Part shown: positions 27,793 to 38,411 of the stretch, in pieces
Layout of the letters: each line of letters opens with the position of its first letter
How positions within the stretch are numbered: position 1 is the first letter of the stretch
From: Candidatus Hermodarchaeota archaeon
Lineage (GTDB): Archaea; Asgardarchaeota; Thorarchaeia; Thorarchaeales; Thorarchaeaceae
Direction of reading: 5' to 3'
NCBI GenBank assembly: GCA_048885865.1
Contig: JBHLLF010000001.1
Coordinates: forward strand, 32,001 to 96,000
Length of the DNA: 64,000 nt
Program-made: the position numbers and the translations under genes
Notes under the pieces: generated by a model
Databases searched by the model: none
Seen by the model: the letters and a program-made list of their open reading frames with translations, nothing else
Told to the model about the DNA's origin: nothing

Positions 27793-29628
27793 ATGATAGC
27801 CTTCGATCTGATAGAATCAGAGAAGTATGGGGGGACTATCAAGCGTCTAAGACGTAGACTGCAACGAATGGTTGAAGGTGGTCCGACGCCCGGTGCCACC
27901 ATGGCTATTGCAAAGTCTGATGGCTCAATCTGGTCTGAGGGATTTGGATACAGGGATTTGGCAAAGTCAGGTCTAGTGGATAACAAGACGATATTTCAGA
28001 TTGGTTCGACAACCAAAGTCTTCACCGGATTGGCATTCATGCTTGCAGTCCAAAATGGATTGGTCACACTTGATGACCGTCTGATTGATCACTGGCCTGA
28101 GTTCAGTATTAACAGCGTTCGAGGTGAAGACGAATATCAGAAGATCACATTCAGGCATCTCCTATCTCATAGAGCTGGAATGCCGAGAGACCCTCGAAGA
28201 GGAGGGATTTTTGGTTGTGATGTTCTGTATACCTTCGAAGAAATGGTAGAGAGCATCAAGGAGTGTTGGATGGTAGCACCCGTCAATAACAGATACTACT
28301 ACTCCAACATAGGGATGGACATTGTTGCATACGCGCTTCAGCGGATTACAGGTATGAAATATCCTCTTTGGGTGAAGGAGAAACTTGGTAAGCCTCTAGG
28401 AATCGATACGCTGAGATATGGAAGTGGCGAGGCTCTGAAGGAGTCCAACGTTGCGATTGGCACAGAGAATGGAATATGGAACTGTGAGTTTGCAGCGTCA
28501 GAAGACTATGGATGTGGTGATGTTTGGATTGGCGGTCTGGACCTTGCGAAGCTCCTAATACTGCTAATGAATAGAGGGAATTATGATGGATATGCAGTAC
28601 TCGAGGGAGATTTATACGATGAAATTACTCGACCCCATTTTGCGAAGGACAATGGTCACAACTATGGTCTAGGGGTGGACATTTATGGTGGCTTCACTCC
28701 GCGAATTCTTGGTCATGGTGGGGGGTCTCTAGGATATGGAAGCACCTTCTACTGGGTTCCAGACCATGGCTTTGGTGTAAGTGTGCAGACTAATATGGAG
28801 TTCTATAGCAGCTCAAAGAAGAGTCCTCATAACCTCGGTCTTGAGGCACGAGAGTATCTGCTCAAGCTCGATGGAGCAATTCTTCTACGTCCAATTCCTG
28901 AGGAATACCTACGAGAGAAGATCGTTGCTCCGAAGATTGATGACATATCACAACTAGCTGGCTTCTACGTTGGTCTTTGGAACAATAGTGTGATTATAAG
29001 CTACAAAGATGAGAAGCTCCTATGGCATGATAGATTCGAAATGACCCCCAAGGGTAATGGATTCCTACTCCCTTCTGGCAATGCAGTGAGGTTCAACTTC
29101 AGACGGAAGAACTCAAAGCAGCCATATGGGGTAACCTATGTCAATCCCAGATATCCCGTAGCAGAGCTAAATCTATTTCGTGTGAAGGTTCAGGGAATTG
29201 ATTCATCTCCAGCTCACGTCGAACCTTCATTATCAAAAGCAATCGAGGGTATATACAAGGCAACATACTACGGTCATGAAGTAACCTTCATTTTAGCGAA
29301 AGCTGACGATAGTCAGCTCCTGGTCAACACGATTTATGGCATGAGACCAGTATTCCCTCATGAGTCCATTGAAGGATTATTCTTTGGACAGAATGGAGAG
29401 GCAGTTACTTACTCACCCGATGAGCTATGGGTTGAGAATGTTCGTGGAGTGAAGTGGGATGATCCTGTCACTGAACTGAAGGAGCTTGTACAAAATAAAC
29501 CGAATCATCGACTGCTTAGCAAGATTGCACTTAGCCAATTGGCAACTCACCTCAAGACTCTTGGAAGAAGCAAAGAGGCGAAGGAGATCCGTTCCATAAG
29601 TAAGAAACTCCACTCAAAAAGGAGCTGA
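27793..29628 (+). CDS. Beta-lactamase-family serine hydrolase with C-terminal extension
   Basis: SxxK (GSTTK), LLSHRAG, YSN, GHGG. Confidence 0.9.
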   Translation: MIAFDLIESEKYGGTIKRLRRRLQRMVEGGPTPGATMAIAKSDGSIWSEGFGYRDLAKSGLVDNKTIFQIGSTTKVFTGLAFMLAVQNGLVTLDDRLIDHWPEFSINSVRGEDEYQKITFRHLLSHRAGMPRDPRRGGIFGCDVLYTFEEMVESIKECWMVAPVNNRYYYSNIGMDIVAYALQRITGMKYPLWVKEKLGKPLGIDTLRYGSGEALKESNVAIGTENGIWNCEFAASEDYGCGDVWIGGLDLAKLLILLMNRGNYDGYAVLEGDLYDEITRPHFAKDNGHNYGLGVDIYGGFTPRILGHGGGSLGYGSTFYWVPDHGFGVSVQTNMEFYSSSKKSPHNLGLEAREYLLKLDGAILLRPIPEEYLREKIVAPKIDDISQLAGFYVGLWNNSVIISYKDEKLLWHDRFEMTPKGNGFLLPSGNAVRFNFRRKNSKQPYGVTYVNPRYPVAELNLFRVKVQGIDSSPAHVEPSLSKAIEGIYKATYYGHEVTFILAKADDSQLLVNTIYGMRPVFPHESIEGLFFGQNGEAVTYSPDELWVENVRGVKWDDPVTELKELVQNKPNHRLLSKIALSQLATHLKTLGRSKEAKEIRSISKKLHSKRS

Positions 29629-29712
29629 GAGGGACGCACTCTTTCGTTATTCAAAGCCGAACTGTTTTCTATTCCGCAATTGCTACCTTGAACATGGAAT
29701 TTTGTAATTGAA

Positions 29713-30528
29713 GTGGTGTTTCAAGTAGAATGCGCAGCACATAAAGCCTCGATTGGGAGAAACGAGTTTGCCTTGACTTCAGATCCAAGATTGCTTTATC
29801 CTGTATCATGGATTTGCGAAAGCCAGTCTGTGAAGGAATATCTCAGTAGGCAGATTACAGGAGGGAATGTTGAAGAGTTTCTTGTTGCTGATTTCGCTTC
29901 AGGGGAGAATGACAAGATACCATATTTCATTCAAAGAGTGCTACCTGATTTCTATCCAGACTTAGACTTCTCATCTCGTAGGATCATAACCTATAGCACT
30001 GATCTGCATGGACTACGTATAGATAGTCTCTATAGTTTGCTCCAAGAGCAGCATTTAGAGGACAGTGCTAGAGCTGTTCATGCTCGCTTGGAGAGCATGG
30101 TGACAGAGGCATCTTATCGGCAAGAGCAAGTTGAATACCTAAATGCTCATGAAACTGAGCAGACCATTTTGGATAGAAGAATCATTAAGGATAGGCGAAT
30201 CGGAGAGTGTGCTTTCGATCTTGGATTCTTGAACAATGATGTCGTTGGCTATTTATTTGAATACTACAAGGCATATACTGATGCATTAGCAAGTCTAGAG
30301 GCAGTTCATACCACAATGAAACCCGGAAGTCTTCTAATAGTGACTCAACCCTGTTCACTCTATCCAGTGGACAACCTTGATGTTCTTTGTCGTGTAGGGT
30401 TTACATTCGTAGAGGGGATTGATGTCGAACTGGATTCTCGAGAAATCAGATCGATTAGTGAAGATGTTGAATTGGACTCATTGAGTCGAATGGGACACTA
30501 CACATCTTTGGTACTGAAAAAGGCATGA
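29713..30528 (+). CDS. Hypothetical protein, possible class I SAM methyltransferase fold
   Basis: VADFASG, FDLGFL and TMKPGSLLIV resemble methyltransferase motifs I, IV and VI. Confidence 0.5.
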   Translation: MVFQVECAAHKASIGRNEFALTSDPRLLYPVSWICESQSVKEYLSRQITGGNVEEFLVADFASGENDKIPYFIQRVLPDFYPDLDFSSRRIITYSTDLHGLRIDSLYSLLQEQHLEDSARAVHARLESMVTEASYRQEQVEYLNAHETEQTILDRRIIKDRRIGECAFDLGFLNNDVVGYLFEYYKAYTDALASLEAVHTTMKPGSLLIVTQPCSLYPVDNLDVLCRVGFTFVEGIDVELDSREIRSISEDVELDSLSRMGHYTSLVLKKA

Positions 30529-30659
30529 ATGTTGTCAGACCTATATGGGCACTAACTATTACCCCAGAACTTGAAGGGATGAAAAGAGGGATTGGATGCG
30601 AATGTTTGGTAGGCTGGCGAACCCTCTACTCTGACAGTAGAGACTACCAACTTCAGACA

Positions 30660-31142
30660 CTATTCTCGAGTTCTTTTCCATGTTCCGAGGAGGTATTTCA
30701 ATTGACCATAGTGTTCCGTTTCATGTGAGAAATTGAGGAGATACTTATCGACAGCCACTGCACGGTCCACCTCTTGAACTGAATCACGTCCTGCAATCAT
30801 ATCATCGAGAAATCCCATCGACACTTCTTGAGTTTGCCTCAGGAGTTCAATCGCTTCTGATATTCCCACCAACTCATCTCTTGTGAATTCATATGCCTCG
30901 ACTCCAGGCTTGTATATTGCAACTTTCTCTGGAGTAATGAACTGAGGGAATTTGAATCCGGGTATCCTATCTGTGACCATTAATTTCTCAAAAGCAGAGA
31001 TGTGCGGCACAATCCATGCAGCTGCGTTCGATTTGGATGTTGGCTGATAGAAGTAACTCCCATCATCGAATTTGTCCAGATATGCGATCAAGCTCTCTCG
31101 AAGTTTCGTATACATTGATTTGACTAATTCCAAATCGTCCAT
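30660..31142 (-). CDS. DinB-like family protein
   Basis: NAAAWIVPHI...HETEHYGQL. Confidence 0.75.
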   Translation of the reverse strand: MDDLELVKSMYTKLRESLIAYLDKFDDGSYFYQPTSKSNAAAWIVPHISAFEKLMVTDRIPGFKFPQFITPEKVAIYKPGVEAYEFTRDELVGISEAIELLRQTQEVSMGFLDDMIAGRDSVQEVDRAVAVDKYLLNFSHETEHYGQLKYLLGTWKRTRE

Positions 31143-31223
31143 AGTTGCTGCACAATCAATATCCCAGATATATCTGTAGGATTTCTGGAAACACACTTAG
31201 GGGGCTCTGCAAACCTAGAATCC

Positions 31224-33080
31224 ATGACCTCACTGCAATCCCATTTCCGGAAGTTTTTGGCTGTTGAGGCAGCTGGAGGTGCAAGTTGGCATCCAGATGG
31301 CTCTAGTATTGCGTTTATTTATGATGCCCCTGGCGTGTTCCAGATTTACACTGTACCTATTGAGAAGAACAGAACCATTTGGCCAACAAGAATTTCCTTT
31401 GAGAACGACCGGTGCACAAATCCAAAGTACTTGAGTGATGGCACATTGCTCTTCACAATGGACAAAGGCGGTGATGAGAATTTCCAGATTGCCAAGATTG
31501 GCTCAGATATGACTCTTGAATGGATTACGTCTGATTCAGCTGCTAAACACATCATTAACCGTGTGTCAAATAGTAGCTACTTCTTCATCGCCAATATCGA
31601 GGATAAAGCTCGATTCGACATCTATCGTCATAGGCTTCCTACGGATAGAACTCAACCTGAAATCGTATTCAAGCCAGAAGAGGGATTATGCCAAGTAGGC
31701 ACTGTTTCTACTAATGAGAAGCACGCAATTATAGAGCAATACTTCGGCAACAACAATGTGAATCTTCTCTATCTTGACATTGCCAGTCGCGAAGCCCAAA
31801 ACCTGACGAAATCCTTGGGAGAGTCCCGAACGAATCGGTGGGAGGCTATTCGATGGATAGACAAGGACCATATTCTTGTTGCTACTGACTATGAGCATGA
31901 TATGATGCGCCTGAGTATTCTATCCCTCTCAGGTGATTTTCTTCCCTTGAATGAAATTGAAGCCTCAGTGAAACATGAGTTCGACTATGCAGCCTATTCT
32001 CCGGAATCAACTCATACCTATTTCATTCTGAATGAGGGAGGATTCTCTAGCCTCTGGCGAGGCACATTTGCGGCTGATGGCGTTCGAGGGCTGGATAGGA
32101 TTGAATTGCCAACAGGAGCAGTTATTGTGCGTGGTGACTCACGATCCTTTCAGGACTCCTTGAGTCTTTCACCGAATCATGAGCTTATGGCTATGACAAT
32201 GAGCACTGCGACTTCGCCTACCAATATCTGGGTTCTTGATCTTGATGACCATTCATCGTGGAAGGCTACAGACGTGGGAACTGCAGGTCTCAACCCCTCT
32301 TCATTTGTTAATGCCTCCCTTCATAACTTTCTTAGCTTTGATAGTTTGCCCATCCCCTATTTCCGATATATTCCAAAAGGCGACATGCCTGAGAAAGGGT
32401 GGCCTGCCATTCTTATGATACATGGAGGTCCTGAGGCTCAGATTCTCCCCAGCTTTCAAGAGATAATTCAGTTCTTTCTATCCGCAGGGTTTGCAATATT
32501 TGCACCCAATATTCGTGGAAGCGCGGGCTATGGACGAGCGTATATGGACATGGATAATGTGGAGAAGCGCCTGGATTCTATAATGGACATCAAGCATCTT
32601 GCATTACATATCAAGGCGAATGAGAAGAGCATTGATGGGGACCGCCTAGTCATTTATGGTGGAAGCTATGGTGGTTTTGCTGTTTTGTCTGCAATGACAG
32701 AACATCCAGATCTGTGGAAGGCTGGAGTTGATATCGTTGGGATTTCCAACTTCGTTACATTTCTGGAAAATACAGCACCGTGGCGTAGAGCGCTTAGAGA
32801 GTCTGAATATGGCAGCCTAGAGAATGACCTTGAAGTCCTAAAGATGATTAGTCCTATTCACAAGATCGATAACATTGCAGCTCCACTCTTCATCATTCAA
32901 GGTGACAATGATGAGCGAGTTCCTCTTTCTGAATCAGTTCAGATGTATGAGAAGATCAAGGAAAAGGGTCTTGAAGTTGAGCTAATGCGCTTTGCTGATG
33001 AAGGACATGGCCTGGCAAAACTTGAGAATAGAATCAAGGCTTTCTCGCGTGTAGTCGAATGGCTCAAAGATATCGTGTAG
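31224..33080 (+). CDS. S9 family (acylaminoacyl/dipeptidyl) peptidase
   Basis: HGGPE, GGSYGG, DERVP, DEGHG. Confidence 0.93.
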   Translation: MTSLQSHFRKFLAVEAAGGASWHPDGSSIAFIYDAPGVFQIYTVPIEKNRTIWPTRISFENDRCTNPKYLSDGTLLFTMDKGGDENFQIAKIGSDMTLEWITSDSAAKHIINRVSNSSYFFIANIEDKARFDIYRHRLPTDRTQPEIVFKPEEGLCQVGTVSTNEKHAIIEQYFGNNNVNLLYLDIASREAQNLTKSLGESRTNRWEAIRWIDKDHILVATDYEHDMMRLSILSLSGDFLPLNEIEASVKHEFDYAAYSPESTHTYFILNEGGFSSLWRGTFAADGVRGLDRIELPTGAVIVRGDSRSFQDSLSLSPNHELMAMTMSTATSPTNIWVLDLDDHSSWKATDVGTAGLNPSSFVNASLHNFLSFDSLPIPYFRYIPKGDMPEKGWPAILMIHGGPEAQILPSFQEIIQFFLSAGFAIFAPNIRGSAGYGRAYMDMDNVEKRLDSIMDIKHLALHIKANEKSIDGDRLVIYGGSYGGFAVLSAMTEHPDLWKAGVDIVGISNFVTFLENTAPWRRALRESEYGSLENDLEVLKMISPIHKIDNIAAPLFIIQGDNDERVPLSESVQMYEKIKEKGLEVELMRFADEGHGLAKLENRIKAFSRVVEWLKDIV

Positions 33081-33174
33081 CAACACCAACTGTAATCAGA
33101 GTCGGAGAAAAAATAGGAATCGCTGTAATCGAAATCTTTACCTTCATAGTGCACGTTGCTGGATTGATGCCATC

Positions 33175-33276
33175 ATGGTAACCGTCAGAAGGCTGATACT
33201 AAAGGCCGCACTCCTAGTCATTGCGATTGTCCTTTTCATACTATTTCTATATTTCCAGATGTTTCCTATGTCGTAG
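33175..33276 (+). CDS. Candidate 33-aa single-TM micropeptide
   Basis: My translation: MVTVRRLILKAALLVIAIVLFILFLYFQMFPMS*. Below the ORF-track cutoff. Confidence 0.5.
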   Translation: MVTVRRLILKAALLVIAIVLFILFLYFQMFPMS

Positions 33277-33320
33277 AACTATTAAGCAAATCTCACTCCG
33301 CCGTTTATAGTTGATATACA

Positions 33321-35102
33321 ATGACTACCGAGGAGATGGTTTGGGACCTATCGCAGTTGGTCGAATTTGATGACCCCGCGTATATCTCTGAACGACTGAC
33401 TGCGATGGTGAGATGGGCGGAAGGATACCGCGACAAACATCGAGGCAAGATTGAGGACTATAACGCACAGCAGGTCTTTGACATGATTGCACAGTATGAT
33501 GAGGAATTCATCGAGTTCGATGGGCCCAATCAGTACGCGTGGCTTCGCTATCAAGCTGACGTGACAGATGAGGTGGCACAGAAGCTGTTTGAGAAAGTGA
33601 GGCAATCATTAATGCTTGTGAATCAAGCATTTGCTTTCTTTGAATTGGAGCTCGGGAAATTGCTTTCAAAAAAGCCAGAGATAATTGAGGCTCCTGAATT
33701 ATCTGAATACAGGCATCAGCTGGAGAAGATAAAGCGTAGGAACCCACACCTATTACCTGAAGAGCAGGAGCAGCTAATCATTGTGAAAGACGAAAACGGG
33801 ATAAGAGCGTGGGAGAAGCTCTTTGGTGACTGGCTAGCCACACGTACCTTCGAGATTGAGATTGATGGTGAAAAGAAGACTATGCCCTATGGCGAGATTA
33901 TTGGGCTTTACCAAAATCCCGATAGAGACCTGCGCAAGCAAGCGAATCAGGTGGTGTATGAAACTCTCAGCAAGGACGCGACCTTATGGTCTTCTGCATT
34001 TTTGTCAGTTTTCAAGGATCATCATCAAATGACCAAGCTTCGAAAATGGGACACCCCAATGACACAGAGCTTGATTGCCAACGACGTGGATGAAGAAACC
34101 ATTGAGGCATTATTGACAACTATGGAGAAGAATGTGGATGTTCTTCAGAGGTACCTGCGACTTAAAGCGAAAGTTATGGGTCTTGACAAGCTTGGCAATT
34201 GGGATATCACTGCTCCATTACCCAATTCTCCTGACAAGAAATACATGTGGTCAGAATCACGCAAGCTCATAGTGGACGCCTACAAGGACTTTGATGAAGA
34301 GAGCGGCAAATGGATGGATGAGATGTATGAACGCCGTCATATCGATGCTGCGGTAAGAAAGGGCAAGACTTCTGGAGCTTTTTGTGCAACATGGCATGCT
34401 GGAAAGAGCGCATACATCCTTCAGAGCTTCAATGGAATCATGAGTGATGTCTATACATCAGCTCATGAATTGGGCCATGCACTTCATGCCTACCTTGGAA
34501 CACGCGCTCAGAAATTGTCGAACTATGAGATAGGAAGCTGCGTAGCTGAAACCGGTTCCATATTTGGAGAGCTCTTACTGACAGAGAAGATGCTTGCTGA
34601 TGCAAAGACCAAGGAGGAGAGGCAGGCTATTCTGTCCATCATTCTTGATGAGTTCGGAGAATCCGGTTTCCAGGTGTCTGCAAGAGTGTTCTTCGAAACC
34701 AGCATCTATGATGCTCTTGAGGACGGGAAGTTCTTGGATGCAGAGAAAATCTCGGACCTTTGGGTTGCTGCCCGCGACAAGATCTATGGCCATGCCGTGG
34801 AGTGGCTACCAATCATGCGGTATTGGTGGACGATGAAGATGCACTTCTATATGCCCAACTATCGATATTACAATTACCCATATGTCTATGCTCAGCTCTT
34901 CGTCTATGCCATGTACAGGCTCTATAAGGAGCAAGGCAAAGACTTCGTGCCCAAACTTAAGGCACTGCTATCTGCCGGGTCAAGCAGGTCTCCTCGAAAC
35001 CTAGCAGCTGAAATCGGCTTTGACATAACCAAGGAGGAGTTCTGGCAAAAGGGCATTGACCAATACTCAGAATTCATCAAGATGTTTGAGGACACTCTAT
35101 GA
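33321..35102 (+). CDS. pepF: Oligoendopeptidase F (M3B)
   Basis: WDLSQL, GKTSGAFC, HELGH, VAETGSIFGE, YYNYPY. Confidence 0.93.
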   Translation: MTTEEMVWDLSQLVEFDDPAYISERLTAMVRWAEGYRDKHRGKIEDYNAQQVFDMIAQYDEEFIEFDGPNQYAWLRYQADVTDEVAQKLFEKVRQSLMLVNQAFAFFELELGKLLSKKPEIIEAPELSEYRHQLEKIKRRNPHLLPEEQEQLIIVKDENGIRAWEKLFGDWLATRTFEIEIDGEKKTMPYGEIIGLYQNPDRDLRKQANQVVYETLSKDATLWSSAFLSVFKDHHQMTKLRKWDTPMTQSLIANDVDEETIEALLTTMEKNVDVLQRYLRLKAKVMGLDKLGNWDITAPLPNSPDKKYMWSESRKLIVDAYKDFDEESGKWMDEMYERRHIDAAVRKGKTSGAFCATWHAGKSAYILQSFNGIMSDVYTSAHELGHALHAYLGTRAQKLSNYEIGSCVAETGSIFGELLLTEKMLADAKTKEERQAILSIILDEFGESGFQVSARVFFETSIYDALEDGKFLDAEKISDLWVAARDKIYGHAVEWLPIMRYWWTMKMHFYMPNYRYYNYPYVYAQLFVYAMYRLYKEQGKDFVPKLKALLSAGSSRSPRNLAAEIGFDITKEEFWQKGIDQYSEFIKMFEDTL

Positions 35103-35158
35103 GATGTGGAGAGAGGGATATTCCCTTCTCTCTATCAAGAAATCAATGGTGCGATAGT

Positions 35159-35896
35159 TTGATTGTGGAACACATAGACGTCGGTCATGGTTTGACAAAT
35201 TCCTATCTTGTCATTTGTGAATCGACTTTGGAAGCAATGATAGTTGACCCCTATTTCTTGGAAAAAGAAGGGAAAACGGTACTTGAGAGCATTCATTCAC
35301 GTTCATTAAAGCTTCGCTATATTTTCAATACTCATGGCCATCCGGATCACATGAGCGGAAATGGCTGGTTAAAGAGAGCAACTGGTGCAGAGATTTTGAT
35401 TCATGAGAATGAAGCTGACGATATTCTTACTCCTTGGAGGGTCTGGCGTGTTATATCAGGTGTTCCGCGTGAATGCCCCTTGTGCAAGAGAATGACTGAG
35501 CGAATCTTGGACATTAATGAGGATGAGCGCAAAGCATCATTGAATTGCCAGTTCTGCGGTCCCATTATAACAGCAGAAGCATCTCCTCCAGCTGACATCC
35601 TGCTAATCGATGGTGACACAATCAATGTTGGAAATACAACCTTCAAAGTGATCCACACTCCCGGACACACTAATGGCGGAGTTTCACTCTATTCGGAAAC
35701 TGAGAGTCTTGTCTTCACAGGAGACACATTGCTTGCGGGGGCTATTGGGGGCACTTCCTCTCCTTCATCATCTGATGAAGAGTTCAGACTATCCCTGAAG
35801 AGATTAATGGAATTGCCAGACACTACTATAGTAAAGCCAGGACATGGATCGCCAACTACTATCGGAAAAGAACGGAAAGATAATCCTCACATATAG
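35159..35896 (+). CDS. MBL-fold hydrolase with inserted Zn ribbon
   Basis: THGHPDH, HTPGHT, FTGD, PGHG, and an insert CPLC-x20-CQFC. Start placed at the TTG after the pepF terminator hairpin. Confidence 0.85.
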   Translation: MIVEHIDVGHGLTNSYLVICESTLEAMIVDPYFLEKEGKTVLESIHSRSLKLRYIFNTHGHPDHMSGNGWLKRATGAEILIHENEADDILTPWRVWRVISGVPRECPLCKRMTERILDINEDERKASLNCQFCGPIITAEASPPADILLIDGDTINVGNTTFKVIHTPGHTNGGVSLYSETESLVFTGDTLLAGAIGGTSSPSSSDEEFRLSLKRLMELPDTTIVKPGHGSPTTIGKERKDNPHI

Positions 35897-36087
35897 ACTC
35901 TGAATTATGCTGCAGAATTTCTTTGAGCGTATTTTCGCTAAATGTAGTAATCTGGTGGCTTGTCGTCCAGACTCCGAAGAAGCGCCGCTGCGAGCGCAGG
36001 CAACATCTCTCGGTTTCCTGATCATCCCCACTCCTCCTTTCTTAGGAATACAGCAAATGGATGATGGCGCATATTAAGCTTAACCAT

Positions 36088-37116
36088 TTATTCCATCAGG
36101 ATTCTCTGGGTATTCCTTGGAACGGGCAGGTCCTTCATCGTGTGTAGCCCTGGGGCTGCTTTGACTACAATGGGAATCATATTTACAGCCATTGCTGCTG
36201 TGCCGTAGTCGCCCATTACTCCACCTTCAATCCTAGAGGTGAGATTGGGAAAGCCCTCGATTTTGACTTCGTCATATTCATGAGCCGCACCTGCATAGGC
36301 GATGAAATCCAATGTGATAATGGTCTGATTTTTCTTGGTTCCAACTCCCCTACTCCTGAGCCCAAGTACCTTCCCGGCCTCAACTTTTGCAAATGAGGTT
36401 TCTATCTCCTCCTCTGCAATGACTGCTTCCGGTGGTAACTCCTCAAAGTGATCGAGATTCAAACCTAAGGCGTCATCAATCAGCCGCATAGACTCCACCA
36501 ATCCAACATGGCCCGTGATTCTACCGCTCTCAATTGCCTCAGTGAACTCATTGACAGACATCGATGTTCCAACCTTCTTTTGGAATGAAGCCCTTCTTCT
36601 GGCAGAATCGATGACTCTAGTAACGTGAATTCTGACAACTGACTGGCAAGGTGCTGTCAAGACTATCGGCAGTAGGTCCATTAGATATCCAGGGTTGATT
36701 CCTGTTCCCAAAACTGACTTCCCTACTTCTCGTGCCGCTTTGTCAATCTCTTTTGATAGTGATGGATATCTAGCATAAGGATACGAGAGTTCCTCGCAGA
36801 TAGAAATCACATGCATTCCCGCTTCTAGACAGCGGATGATTGTTGGCTTCACCTTTTCTAACGACGAGGAAGTTAGAACCAAGGCGATATCAATAGGTTC
36901 TTGTATTTCCTCAAAAGCTGCATCAATTGTCGGGTAGACTTTGGCAGTCGTGCCTGTCGGTTGAGTGAGAAGATCTGCAACTGGCTTTCTGCTCAATTCA
37001 GGGTCGACATCAACCACCGCAACAAGTTTCAGATTCCCGCGAGCAATGACAGTTTCAGCAATTGGTCTTCCTATAGTGCCAAATCCAACTTGAAGCACGC
37101 TGAATGGTTTTGTCAT
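36088..37116 (-). CDS. 2,4-diaminopentanoate dehydrogenase (Ord)/DapB-like NAD(P) oxidoreductase
   Basis: GFGTIG, ISICEELSYP, GTGINPG, FQKKVG, GHVGL. Confidence 0.8.
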   Translation of the reverse strand: MTKPFSVLQVGFGTIGRPIAETVIARGNLKLVAVVDVDPELSRKPVADLLTQPTGTTAKVYPTIDAAFEEIQEPIDIALVLTSSSLEKVKPTIIRCLEAGMHVISICEELSYPYARYPSLSKEIDKAAREVGKSVLGTGINPGYLMDLLPIVLTAPCQSVVRIHVTRVIDSARRRASFQKKVGTSMSVNEFTEAIESGRITGHVGLVESMRLIDDALGLNLDHFEELPPEAVIAEEEIETSFAKVEAGKVLGLRSRGVGTKKNQTIITLDFIAYAGAAHEYDEVKIEGFPNLTSRIEGGVMGDYGTAAMAVNMIPIVVKAAPGLHTMKDLPVPRNTQRILME

Positions 37117-37193
37117 GACGCCGTTTCAAAATCAACTGCAGTATAACCTTTTGGGGAGATAATTTGATGTCGATGGAAAGAGCCTTTTGAGGG

Positions 37194-38405
37194 ATGCACT
37201 TGGCTAAGTTCATGTTTCAGGTTCGAGAAGCAACCGAGGATGATAGGGAAGGTGCCCTTCGTGTCCTCTGGAAAGCGTTTGAGGGATTTCGCGATTTTGA
37301 TGAAATGAAGAAGGATGACTGGACCCAATACTGGAATCGGCCTGAGGATGAGGATTGGGCTTATGTGGCAGTGGAGGATGGTCAGGTTCGTGCATGTCTT
37401 TCTTTCTTTGCGAGTAAAAACGATGTCATCAGGGGCGCTCCTGTACGATTTGGAGGAGTATGGGGTGTAGGAACCGAGCCGCACTATCGAAAGCAAGGAA
37501 TGATTGCAGCATTAGTCCGCGAGTCATTCAACCGGATGGCGAATGAGGGGATTGTGCTTTCAATTCTCGATCCCTTCTTCCCGCCATTTTACGAGAAATT
37601 TGGGTATGCACAGGCTGAGTCTCGAGTTGTACACAAATTCAAACACGATAATCTTCGAGAGGTGAAGGGTTCCGAGCAGATAACAACACGAGTCCTTGAA
37701 GATACAGCTGAAGCTCCAAAAGCACTGAAGCTTCAAGAGTCGATGGCGAGATTTGGATCGCGAGTCTTCTTCCTTCAGAAGTCACTGGAGAATCTGATTA
37801 AGAAGAATCATTATCACATATTGGAGCGGGATGGGAATCCTGTCGGGGCGATTAAGTTTTGGTTCAAGAAAGTAAGCGATTGGGAATTCAATCTCGATAT
37901 ATCAGCTACATCCTTCATCTCTATGGATGTTCTACCCTCAATTGTAGAGCTTGTTTCTAAGTATTCAGTTAATGCAAAAGAGGTCAACTGGTACTGCGAT
38001 CCTGAGATTCCCATTACATACTTCATGAAAGACCCCGAGGACGCACCTGTAGCCTCTTCTGGAAGAATGATGATGCGAGTCATTGATTTTGAGGGCTATT
38101 GTTCAAGCATTAAGGTTCCATCGCACGCCACAGAATCGATTGTGGTCGAGCTAGTAGACCGAGATTGTGATTGGAATACTGGGGTCTATCTTCTAAGCCC
38201 CAATAATGGAAAGCTCGATGTCGAGAGAGTTGATTCAACCCCAGATGTTTTCCTCAATGATATTCAACTCTCACGAGTCATCTCTGGGCGTACTCGGGCA
38301 ACAGTATTGAGAGGTCTGGGTGGAATTGAATGTTCAAAGGAATCTGCAATGAAGCTAGATTTGATTTTCCCTGAGGAATCATTCGTATCGTACCAGAGGT
38401 TCTAG
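37194..38405 (+). CDS. Eis-like GNAT acetyltransferase with SCP2 domain
   Basis: VGTEPHYRKQG, FYEKFGY, MMRVID, DRDCDWNTG. Confidence 0.88.
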   Translation: MHLAKFMFQVREATEDDREGALRVLWKAFEGFRDFDEMKKDDWTQYWNRPEDEDWAYVAVEDGQVRACLSFFASKNDVIRGAPVRFGGVWGVGTEPHYRKQGMIAALVRESFNRMANEGIVLSILDPFFPPFYEKFGYAQAESRVVHKFKHDNLREVKGSEQITTRVLEDTAEAPKALKLQESMARFGSRVFFLQKSLENLIKKNHYHILERDGNPVGAIKFWFKKVSDWEFNLDISATSFISMDVLPSIVELVSKYSVNAKEVNWYCDPEIPITYFMKDPEDAPVASSGRMMMRVIDFEGYCSSIKVPSHATESIVVELVDRDCDWNTGVYLLSPNNGKLDVERVDSTPDVFLNDIQLSRVISGRTRATVLRGLGGIECSKESAMKLDLIFPEESFVSYQRF

Positions 38406-38411
38406 GATGTG

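Noticed and set aside
35940-36060. GC-rich intergenic hairpins and the 35804-36031 ORF (possible SECIS or C/D sRNA)
   Set aside because: The stems are too short for a SECIS, there is no Sec-type gene adjacent, no clear C and D boxes, and the ORF overlaps the convergent gene. Likely terminator-related.
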